From IMG/VR virus record IMGVR_UViG_3300012948_000013, positions 1 through 30,871 of that record: a stretch of 30,871 bases of DNA; one strand, written 5' to 3'. The position numbers and the translations under genes were made by a program. Every line of letters starts with the position of its first letter. Within the stretch, counting starts at the first letter, position 1. Shown piece after piece: positions 24,121-30,871 of the stretch. The stretch comes from a virus. Its lineage: Duplodnaviria > Caudoviricetes. The notes under the pieces were generated by a model. It had not been told where the DNA came from, did not search any database, and saw only the letters and a program-made list of their open reading frames with translations.

Positions 24121-26445
24121 ATGCGATTCTTGCTCCTTGCTTCCCGCTTCCTGCTTCTCCTCTGGGCGAGCGTCAGCTTCGCCCAGTCAGGCCCGATCCT
24201 CACGCCACCGCCTGGCGGTGGCGGTGGCGGTGGTGGCGTCACGGCTGTAGGCACCACCGTGCCTATTCTCGGTGGCACCATTACCACCACCGGCACGATT
24301 GCCTGCCAGGTGGCGTCTGCCACCATGGATGGGTGCTTGAGTAGTGCCAACTGGACGACGTTTAATAGCAAACAGGCCGCCGGCAATTACCTGACAGCTC
24401 TGACCGGGGATGTCACGGCGACGGGTCCAGGCTCGGCCGCAGCCACTCTTACTCCCACCACCGTCACGCCAGGATCGTATACCAGTGCCAATATTACCGT
24501 GGATCAAGCCGGCCGTCTCACCGCCGCGGCCAATGGTTCCGGTGGTGGTGGTGGTATCACCGCCCTCACCGGGGATGTGACCGCGACGGGTCCGGGCTCG
24601 GCCGCAGCCACCCTGGCCAATACGACCGTTATAGCAGGCACCTATACCAATACTAACTTGACCGTCGATTCTAAAGGCCGGATAACAGCAGCCGGTAACG
24701 GCAGTGGAGGTGCTGGGGGAGGCACTGTCACGAACGTGGCTACCGCCCTGCCGATTACCGGCGGACCCATTACCACGACAGGCACGATTGGCTGTCAGAC
24801 GGCCAGTGGCACGCTGGCGGGGTGTTTAAGTAGTGCAGACTGGACGACTTTCAATACCAAACAGGCGGCGCTCACCTTCCCCATGACCTATGCGCAAGGT
24901 GGCACCAATACCACGACGGCCTGGACACCCGGCAGTGTGTTCTACGGCGGCGCCACCACGTTTGCCCAGGATAACGCCAATTTCTTCTATGATGCCACGA
25001 AACATCATCAGGCCCTGGGGACCACGAATACGGGGTCACGGCTGGTGGTAAGTGCCGGAGCCCTGACTGATTTAACCGACAGGTCATTGCCGGCGCAAGG
25101 CGCCACTACCAAAGTCGGCGGCATCTATGCCGCACCAGCGGCCGATATTACCGGCGGACGGTATCACCTCATTTCTGGCAATATCACCTCCGCGGACTCT
25201 GCCGGTGGCGAGCAGGTGACCATTTACGGCTCCGCCACCAGCAATACGGCCGGCGCCAAGATCTGGCCCCTGAATGTGCTCCTGGACATTCGCGCTGGCA
25301 TGACCACGGGTGTCGGCTTAGGGCTCGAGGTGGACGTGAACAATGCCGGCTTCGATGCCACCGCCGCCAATCCCATCTGGGGCGTGCAGGTCTCTGGCAT
25401 CAGCACGAAACGGGCCTTCGCCGCCCTGGGACTCGCCGGGGGCTCCTGGAAATACGGCCTGGGCTTCTTTAACAATGCCATGACCGGGGCCGATGCCTAT
25501 CTCTACAGCGGGGACACGACCTATCCCGCCTACGGCATCAATTTCTCCACGGCCAATTTCGGGACCGCCGCCTTCAACAGTACCGGATTCAGTGTCAGCC
25601 CCGTGGGTGATACCGTCGTACGCTCCTTTAGCACCACGGCGAGCTCGCCCAGTTATTTCCGTGGCGCCAGACCAGCGCTGGCGGCGAACGCCGGCCAGAT
25701 TAATATTACCGATACGGCCACCACCGTCGCGGTCGCTATGGGTGGGCAGATAGGCTTTTGCTACAAATATAACGGCACGAACGAGGCCTGCGGCGCAGAG
25801 ATAGTTGGGGAGAAGGAAAACGCCACGAGTGGCGATTATGCCACGCGGTTGCTGTTTGCCACCGCTCCCAACGGTGGGAGCAATACCGAGCGCATGCGCA
25901 TTGACAGTGCTGGACTGGTAAGCTTCAGTGGCAAATTCACCAAGTACAACAATGTCAGCCCGACGGATGGTCAACTCCTCATTGGCAAAACATCCACCAA
26001 CACCTTTGAGCCCGCCACCCTCACCGCGGGCACCAACATTACGATTACCAACGGCTCAGGCGCCATTACCATTGCCGCCACCGGCGGAGCCGGAACGGCC
26101 TACCAACAGGTAAGCTGGCATCCCGGCAATCTCACCGCGATCAATACGTCCAAAAGCGGCTTTTCGAAAATCGTCCCCAGTGCCACCGTGGACAATATTA
26201 CCTGTTCAAGCCAGCAGTATAGCTGTAGTGTGGCACCAGTGGTGACCCTCTACGAGTGTGGCACGTCGGCCACCTGTTCTGGAGGCACCGCCATTGGCAC
26301 CTGCACGATCAATGGAAGTCCAGCCCAGGCCTATGATGGCACGGTCACGAGTCCGGCCATTACCGCCGGTCACTACATCGCCTGGGCCTTTACCACGGGA
26401 ACCTGTGGCCTCCTCATTCCATCGTTTTACGCTCAGATTCATTAA
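24121..26445 (+). CDS. tail-fibre-like Gly/Thr-rich repeat protein with apparent Sec signal peptide
   Basis: Duplicated 'ALTGDVTATGPGSAAATL..TTV..G.YT..N.TVD..GR.TAA.NGS' and 'PI.GG.ITTTGTI.CQ.AS' units; 'ERMRIDSAG.V' fibre motif; N-terminus MRFLLLASRFLLLLWASVSFA|Q; TAAGGAG RBS. Confidence 0.75.
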   Translation: MRFLLLASRFLLLLWASVSFAQSGPILTPPPGGGGGGGGVTAVGTTVPILGGTITTTGTIACQVASATMDGCLSSANWTTFNSKQAAGNYLTALTGDVTATGPGSAAATLTPTTVTPGSYTSANITVDQAGRLTAAANGSGGGGGITALTGDVTATGPGSAAATLANTTVIAGTYTNTNLTVDSKGRITAAGNGSGGAGGGTVTNVATALPITGGPITTTGTIGCQTASGTLAGCLSSADWTTFNTKQAALTFPMTYAQGGTNTTTAWTPGSVFYGGATTFAQDNANFFYDATKHHQALGTTNTGSRLVVSAGALTDLTDRSLPAQGATTKVGGIYAAPAADITGGRYHLISGNITSADSAGGEQVTIYGSATSNTAGAKIWPLNVLLDIRAGMTTGVGLGLEVDVNNAGFDATAANPIWGVQVSGISTKRAFAALGLAGGSWKYGLGFFNNAMTGADAYLYSGDTTYPAYGINFSTANFGTAAFNSTGFSVSPVGDTVVRSFSTTASSPSYFRGARPALAANAGQINITDTATTVAVAMGGQIGFCYKYNGTNEACGAEIVGEKENATSGDYATRLLFATAPNGGSNTERMRIDSAGLVSFSGKFTKYNNVSPTDGQLLIGKTSTNTFEPATLTAGTNITITNGSGAITIAATGGAGTAYQQVSWHPGNLTAINTSKSGFSKIVPSATVDNITCSSQQYSCSVAPVVTLYECGTSATCSGGTAIGTCTINGSPAQAYDGTVTSPAITAGHYIAWAFTTGTCGLLIPSFYAQIH

Positions 26446-26522
26446 GGGAGAAGCGAGGAGCCAGAAGCAAGGAGCAGGAATTTTTTCCCATTCTCGCTCC
26501 TTGCTTCTGGCTTCTTGCTCCT
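26446..26522. repeat. family-A element, near-perfect long hairpin (intergenic)
   Basis: GAGCCAGAAGCAAGGAGC pairs with GCTCCTTGCTTCTGGCTT around the core GAATTTTTTCCCATTC. Confidence 0.9.
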
Positions 26523-26533
26523 AAGGAGAAACT

Positions 26534-26893
26534 ATGCCGGTGGCTTTTACGACGCTCCCCAGTGCGCAAATGAATATACTCTACCGGGTGAGTGGCCTAG
26601 CGGAGACGGCGGGGAATACGGAATCGTCCGTACTCACCACCGGGGATGGGCAGGTCGATATTACGGTGCAAATTTACGGCACGATTGGCGGTGCCACGGT
26701 GACGGTGCAGGGCACCCTGGGGGGTGCGCAGTTCTCCACGCTGGACGACGCCTATGGGCAACCCATGTCGTATACAGCTCTGGCGGGCTGTAAGCCGGTG
26801 GGACCGGCGGTAACAGGGCTAAAAGTGGTCGTGACGGGTGGCGCCGGGGTCAACCTCAGCGCTGACGTGTATATGGTGCAGAAACGCTCATGA
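26534..26893 (+). CDS. small beta-sandwich protein (possible virion decoration protein)
   Basis: TAAGGAG RBS; 'TVQIYGT.GGATVTVQG' pattern recurrent in small phage virion proteins. Confidence 0.7.
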   Translation: MPVAFTTLPSAQMNILYRVSGLAETAGNTESSVLTTGDGQVDITVQIYGTIGGATVTVQGTLGGAQFSTLDDAYGQPMSYTALAGCKPVGPAVTGLKVVVTGGAGVNLSADVYMVQKRS

Positions 26894-27267
26894 GTACGCC
26901 AACGCTCACGGACTCGATCACGTTTCCGCATACTTGTAGCGAGACTGGTGCGACGTTGGTGGTGCATATTAGCAATCCGGGTCCGCACACGGTGCTCTCC
27001 GTGATCTATGGCGGTCTCCCTCTCATCCACCTCGAAAGCCGGGAGGGGAGCACCGCCGGGACTCTGGAAACGTGGGCGCTGGTTCAGGCCCCAGTGGGGA
27101 CGGCCGATATTGTCGTCACGATGTCCGGTCCCACCAGCCTCATCATGGAGGCCGAGTCGGCCGCTTATGTCGTGGGCTTTACCGCCGAGCAACCCTATGC
27201 CACCGCCGGCTCCGGTGGTATGATGCCGCTCATGTTCCGGCGTAGACGCCGCAAAGGTGGGAAATAA
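26890..27267 (+). CDS. hypothetical beta-rich protein with basic C-terminal tail
   Basis: ATGA coupling; ends 'FRRRRRKGGK'. Confidence 0.7.
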   Translation: MSTPTLTDSITFPHTCSETGATLVVHISNPGPHTVLSVIYGGLPLIHLESREGSTAGTLETWALVQAPVGTADIVVTMSGPTSLIMEAESAAYVVGFTAEQPYATAGSGGMMPLMFRRRRRKGGK

Positions 27268-27280
27268 GAGGAGTATATCA

Positions 27281-27808
27281 ATGGCAGAAAGAAGAGCCCC
27301 ACAGCCTGAGACGCGGGTGACGCTGGACGCGGCGGGTAACGCCGAAGCGGTGCTGCAACGCCTGATTCACGAGCGGCAGAGTTTGCAAAACGCGGCGCAC
27401 GTGATGCAGACGTACCGTGAGGTGTTGCACCATCTCGAACCTGCCGAGCGGCAATTAGCGGAGTTGCGACGCGAACGCGACGAACTTGAGCAGGAGTTAA
27501 GCCAGATGCACGAGAGGAAAGCCCAGCTCCTGAGAGAGATGGAGGCGGAGATTGCCCACATGAAAGACAGCAAAGAGCAGGCCATCGAGGCGGATCTGCA
27601 AGGACTACGCACGCGCCAAGCCGAGGCCGAGGCCGCCCTAGACCTGGTGCGCAGCCGCGTGGCTGGGCTCGAAGCCGAGGAAGTAGAGATGACGGCACGC
27701 TTCGGCGCGCTGAAAGAACGCCTCGAGCGTGAAACGCAGGACATGCAAGCGACCCATGCCGAGGTGCAACAGGCCTTAGAGCGCATACACGCAGCAGTGA
27801 GGGTGTAA
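27281..27808 (+). CDS. long coiled-coil protein
   Basis: GAGGAG RBS before ATG 27281; continuous E/R/L/Q/A heptads. Confidence 0.75.
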   Translation: MAERRAPQPETRVTLDAAGNAEAVLQRLIHERQSLQNAAHVMQTYREVLHHLEPAERQLAELRRERDELEQELSQMHERKAQLLREMEAEIAHMKDSKEQAIEADLQGLRTRQAEAEAALDLVRSRVAGLEAEEVEMTARFGALKERLERETQDMQATHAEVQQALERIHAAVRV

Positions 27809-27809
27809 C

Positions 27810-29012
27810 ATGTCCACTTTCCCTTGTCCGCAGTGTGGCACGCTCCTCACCGTCAGGCTCACCGCGCCTGATCCGGGGCCTGATCCGGGGCCTGATCCGG
27901 GGCCAGGCACCGGCACAACCTACTACGTCGCCCCGGATGGCCAGGATGCCAACGCGGGCACCTTAGAGGCCCCGTTCAGGACCATCAGCCACGGCATGAG
28001 TGTGCTGCGCGCGGGGGAAACCTTGGCGCTGCGGGCGGGTGCGTATCCCGAGGGCATTGACGCGAACACCATGTCTCTCCCAGGAGGAAGCTCGTGGGAC
28101 ACGCCAGTCACCGTGCAGGCTTACGCGCACGAGAGCGTCGTGCTTGGACCCGTGGGACTGGCGGCGCCCGCCGCCTATCTCATCATCGCGGGCGTGGTCA
28201 TCGATGCCGCATACCGTGCCGAGCAGGCCGTGTGGATCGGCAACGGCGCGCATCATATCCGGCTGGAGTCCTGTGATCTCCGGCGTGGCAGCGGCTTTGG
28301 CATTATCCTGGCCCAAACGGGGGCGGGTTTTTGTGAACTGCGCCACCTGGATATCCACCACAACGGCTCAGATACGCATCTGCACCACGGTATCTATGTG
28401 TCAGGCACGCATGATACCCTGATCGATGGCTGCACGGTACATCACAATGCGGCGTACGGTATCCATCTCTATAACAGCGACCCCGCCCACCGCAATGACC
28501 GCACGACCGTGTGTAACTCGACGATCCACGACAATGGCGACACCTCGGGTGGCTCCGGCGGCCTGCTCCTGGGCTACGGCGATGCGCTGGTGGCCTATAA
28601 CAACGTCATCTACAATAACCAGGCCGGCATCTCCGTGGGTTTTAGCACGGCGCATGTGCAGGTCGCCAATAATACCATCACGGCCAATCGCGGGGCGCAG
28701 TATGCCGCCATTGTGGTGGATGCGAGCAACAGCCATACCACCGTGCTGAATAATATCCTGTATGCCAATGACCTCGACGCCATTGATGATACGGGCGCGG
28801 ACACCACAGTCGAGGCAAATACGACCGTGAATCCTGGCTTCGTGGATGCACCGGCGGGTGACTTTCACCTGCGGCCCGCAAGCCAGGTGGCGCGGGCTGG
28901 AGCAAACCTCTCCCACGCCTTCCAGGCCGACCACGATGGAAAACCACGCCCAGCCTCCGGACCATGGAGCGCCGGCGCGTATTGTGCCACGTCAACAGAG
29001 GAGAGAGCCTAA
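27810..29012 (+). CDS. right-handed parallel beta-helix (pectin lyase-like) protein, possible depolymerase
   Basis: 'YYVAPDG.D.N.GT...PFRTI', 'GETL.LR.G.Y', Asn-ladder repeats (IHHN, VHHN, IHDN, IYNN) and 'P.FVD...GDFHL...S'. PDPG linker from a 12-bp repeat at 27867-27902. Confidence 0.88.
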   Translation: MSTFPCPQCGTLLTVRLTAPDPGPDPGPDPGPGTGTTYYVAPDGQDANAGTLEAPFRTISHGMSVLRAGETLALRAGAYPEGIDANTMSLPGGSSWDTPVTVQAYAHESVVLGPVGLAAPAAYLIIAGVVIDAAYRAEQAVWIGNGAHHIRLESCDLRRGSGFGIILAQTGAGFCELRHLDIHHNGSDTHLHHGIYVSGTHDTLIDGCTVHHNAAYGIHLYNSDPAHRNDRTTVCNSTIHDNGDTSGGSGGLLLGYGDALVAYNNVIYNNQAGISVGFSTAHVQVANNTITANRGAQYAAIVVDASNSHTTVLNNILYANDLDAIDDTGADTTVEANTTVNPGFVDAPAGDFHLRPASQVARAGANLSHAFQADHDGKPRPASGPWSAGAYCATSTEERA

Positions 29013-29059
29013 AGGTTCGCGTGCAGTTCTGAGGAGCGTATCAACGAGGAGAATTCAGA

Positions 29060-29572
29060 ATGCCATCCACTCCAGTCACGATAACGGGCGTCTTAACGTG
29101 GTCAGAGGCAGGCAGTGCACCACCGCCATCCATCTGGCCATCTCCAGGTGTACCAACCAACCCTATCGTCATCCCGCAACCACCACCAAGTGTCTGGCCT
29201 AGCCCAGGGTATCCTAGTCAGCCTATATACCTGCCGAGTCCGCCACCGGGGGTAGTGAGCCCTCCTATATACCTGCCGCCACAGATTTGGCCCACTCCTC
29301 CAGGAGGCGGTGGACCACCGGTAGGAATCTGGCCTAGTCCAGGCCAACCAGCGAATCCCATTTACCTACCGCCAGGGATGAACATTCCCACATTTCCCGG
29401 TCAACTCCCCGTCCTTCCGGGCGCGGGCACACCCCCCAGTGAGGGTGGCGGCGGCCCGCAATGGGTATACTCCCCTACCTTGGGCTGGATAATCGTCTGG
29501 GTACCGCCTGGAGAAGGCGGCAAACCACAACCGCCGCTCGAGCCACCCATAGCGTCACAGTTACCGTCATAG
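29060..29572 (+). CDS. proline-rich repeat protein
   Basis: GAGGAG RBS; repeated '(S/G)(I/V)WPSPG.P.(N/Q)PI(Y/V)(L/I)P' units. Confidence 0.75.
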   Translation: MPSTPVTITGVLTWSEAGSAPPPSIWPSPGVPTNPIVIPQPPPSVWPSPGYPSQPIYLPSPPPGVVSPPIYLPPQIWPTPPGGGGPPVGIWPSPGQPANPIYLPPGMNIPTFPGQLPVLPGAGTPPSEGGGGPQWVYSPTLGWIIVWVPPGEGGKPQPPLEPPIASQLPS

Positions 29573-29590
29573 AACGGTTGCGTTCCCACA

Positions 29591-29668
29591 GCTCGCAGGG
29601 TAGGGCTCGCAGGGCTACCTTTGCAGGGGAAGAGACGTGAACTCCCACGTCCTGCCCTGCGGGCTTTT
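29591..29668. terminator. GC-rich stem-loop cluster between convergent genes (probable terminator)
   Basis: GCTCGCAGGG (29591 and 29605) or GCAGGG (29623) can pair with CCCTGCGGGC (29655-29664); inner GACGTG/CACGTC stem; followed by TTTT. Confidence 0.5.
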
Positions 29669-29925
29669 CATGCAACGTGGGCCTTACGCCTCTTAGGTGT
29701 AGTCATCCATGGGCGCGCCTGGGGCGTGAGGCCCACCAGATAATCCAGGGACACGCCCAGAGCCACCGCGAGACGCGCCGCCGCGTCCACCGAAATATTG
29801 CGCCGTTCGCCGGATTCCAGCCGGGAAATCCATCCCGCATCGACCCGAGCCAGCCGCCCTAAGTGGCGCACCGTCCAGGCCCTGACCTGGCGCTGGGCTT
29901 TGAGACGTACACCAAAATCTTCCAT
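29668..29925 (-). CDS. XRE-family helix-turn-helix regulator (repressor-like)
   Basis: 'FG.RLK..R....WT...L.....V....ISRLESG.R.NIS......LA.ALGVSLDYLVG'; GGAGG RBS on the minus strand. Confidence 0.92.
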   Translation of the reverse strand: MEDFGVRLKAQRQVRAWTVRHLGRLARVDAGWISRLESGERRNISVDAAARLAVALGVSLDYLVGLTPQARPWMTTPKRRKAHVA

Positions 29926-30011
29926 CCTGTTTTCCTCCCTTTGATGTCCAAGTAGACAAATATATATAGCAAAAAAAAGAGAAAAAAAACAAATATTTTT
30001 TATATTGTGTG

Positions 30012-30040
30012 TTGACTATAGACAACAGACAAGGTATATT
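30012..30040 (+). promoter_or_regulatory. sigma70-type promoter divergent from the repressor, with upstream A-tracts and an overlapping near-palindrome
   Basis: TTGACT (30012-30017), 17-nt spacer, TATATT (30035-30040); GTTGACTATAGACAAC (30011-30026) is nearly self-complementary; A-tracts at 29971-29989. Confidence 0.7.
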
Positions 30041-30050
30041 TAATTCAGAT

Positions 30051-30140
30051 ATAGCGACTGCCACTCGCGAGATAGCTAGAGCCTTGAAGGTGAGTGCTGG
30101 CACGATTTACAAATGGCTGAACAACACGCCATATAAGTAG
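30051..30140 (+). pseudogene. cryptic short HTH reading frame (Cro-like or remnant)
   Basis: IATATREIARALKVSAGTIYKWLNNTPYK*; the frame is open upstream through GTG 30009/TTG 30012, but there is no canonical start downstream of the promoter. Confidence 0.45.
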
Positions 30141-30261
30141 CTTGATGACGCAACGCAGCGTCGAAACACCGATGCGCACAAGCACGCCGCCGGTCCGGGC
30201 AGACTTAAAGCGGCGTGCAGCGCAAGATACCCCATCACACATGGATTGGAAGGAGCATCAG

Positions 30262-30549
30262 ATGCACACAGTAACACAGATGGAGCAAGCAGCAAGCAGC
30301 AAGCAGCATGAAGACTTCGGAATTCCTGCTTCCGGCTCCTGGCTTCCCGCTTCTCCCCCAAGCTACGGACGGCGGTCGTATGGGCGGCAGCGCAAGGCTA
30401 CGCCAGTTCAACGGGCGCGCTACATTGCGGAGTCTATTTTACTGCATGAGGCCGAGGGCCGCGTACGCACGTTTAGCGACTACGGTATTGATAGCAATCC
30501 GCTCATGGTGCGGCTGGTGGCGGCCTGGCTTACACGGTTAGGACGGTAA
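30262..30549 (+). CDS. hypothetical protein with an in-frame family-A element (30282-30358)
   Basis: AAGGAG RBS before ATG 30262; EQAASSKQHEDFGIPASGSWLPASP is repeat-encoded. Confidence 0.65.
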   Translation: MHTVTQMEQAASSKQHEDFGIPASGSWLPASPPSYGRRSYGRQRKATPVQRARYIAESILLHEAEGRVRTFSDYGIDSNPLMVRLVAAWLTRLGR

Positions 30550-30559
30550 GGAGAAAACC

Positions 30560-30871
30560 ATGATTCACTTAGCCATATGGCTCGTCTCAAGTTACATCGT
30601 TGTTGCATTCGCCGTGATGCTGATCCTGGTTCCATTCATAGCCCTCGGCAACGCCATGGCCCAGGGACGCGCCAATGCGCGCGCGCATCGGGCGTGGAAG
30701 CGGAACAGAAACGCCCGTCTGCGCCAAGAACGCGCCAAAGAGCTGGCGCGTATCCACAAGATACGTGCCGCACGCCGTGCGCAGCGCCAGCTCGAACGCG
30801 CGCGCTATAAGGCGGCACTGGTGGCGGGACGGCTGATGGAGGAACACATCAAAGCACATGGATGGGCATAG
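30560..30871 (+). CDS. membrane-anchored Arg-rich hypothetical protein
   Basis: TAAGGAG RBS; N-terminal hydrophobic helix followed by a basic helical tail. Confidence 0.7.
   Translation: MIHLAIWLVSSYIVVAFAVMLILVPFIALGNAMAQGRANARAHRAWKRNRNARLRQERAKELARIHKIRAARRAQRQLERARYKAALVAGRLMEEHIKAHGWA

Noticed and set aside
24223-24860. Diversity-generating retroelement template/variable repeat pair in the fibre gene
   Set aside because: The duplications are in-frame protein repeats with mostly synonymous differences that are not adenine-specific, and no reverse transcriptase is in the window.
1-30871. tRNA, rRNA, integrase, transposase, intein or intron
   Set aside because: None recognisable by eye; TerL, portal and capsid lengths leave no room for an intein. 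tRNAscan and Rfam were not run.

Overview
The window is a ~31-kb piece of a dsDNA tailed bacteriophage or prophage, GC-rich, with almost all genes on the + strand. It looks podovirus-like: no tape measure, sheath or tube gene is visible. From left to right: VRR-NUC nuclease, a beta-class amino-DNA methyltransferase, a ~1.35-kb non-coding repeat-rich island where strand composition flips from C-rich to G-rich, portal, scaffold, N4-gp56-like major capsid, a block of low-complexity ejection proteins (two with muralytic-type domains), nozzle, needle, adaptor, a displaced terminase large subunit, signal-peptide-bearing fibre-like proteins, a beta-helix protein and a divergent XRE repressor region. 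The most striking unexplained structure is a dispersed repeat system. (i) About 15 loci carry inverted arrays of a stop-free heptamer (GAAGCAG/CTGCTTC), with recurrent GGAGAAGC...GCTTCTCC ends and a conserved core in either orientation, both between genes and in-frame inside genes. (ii) Two copies of a second heptamer family (TAGTGGT) have cores inverted relative to each other. (iii) A covarying GA-GAA-GA mini-hairpin follows three of these elements and sits 3 nt before a start codon. All product calls come from motif recognition and synteny; no database search was run.
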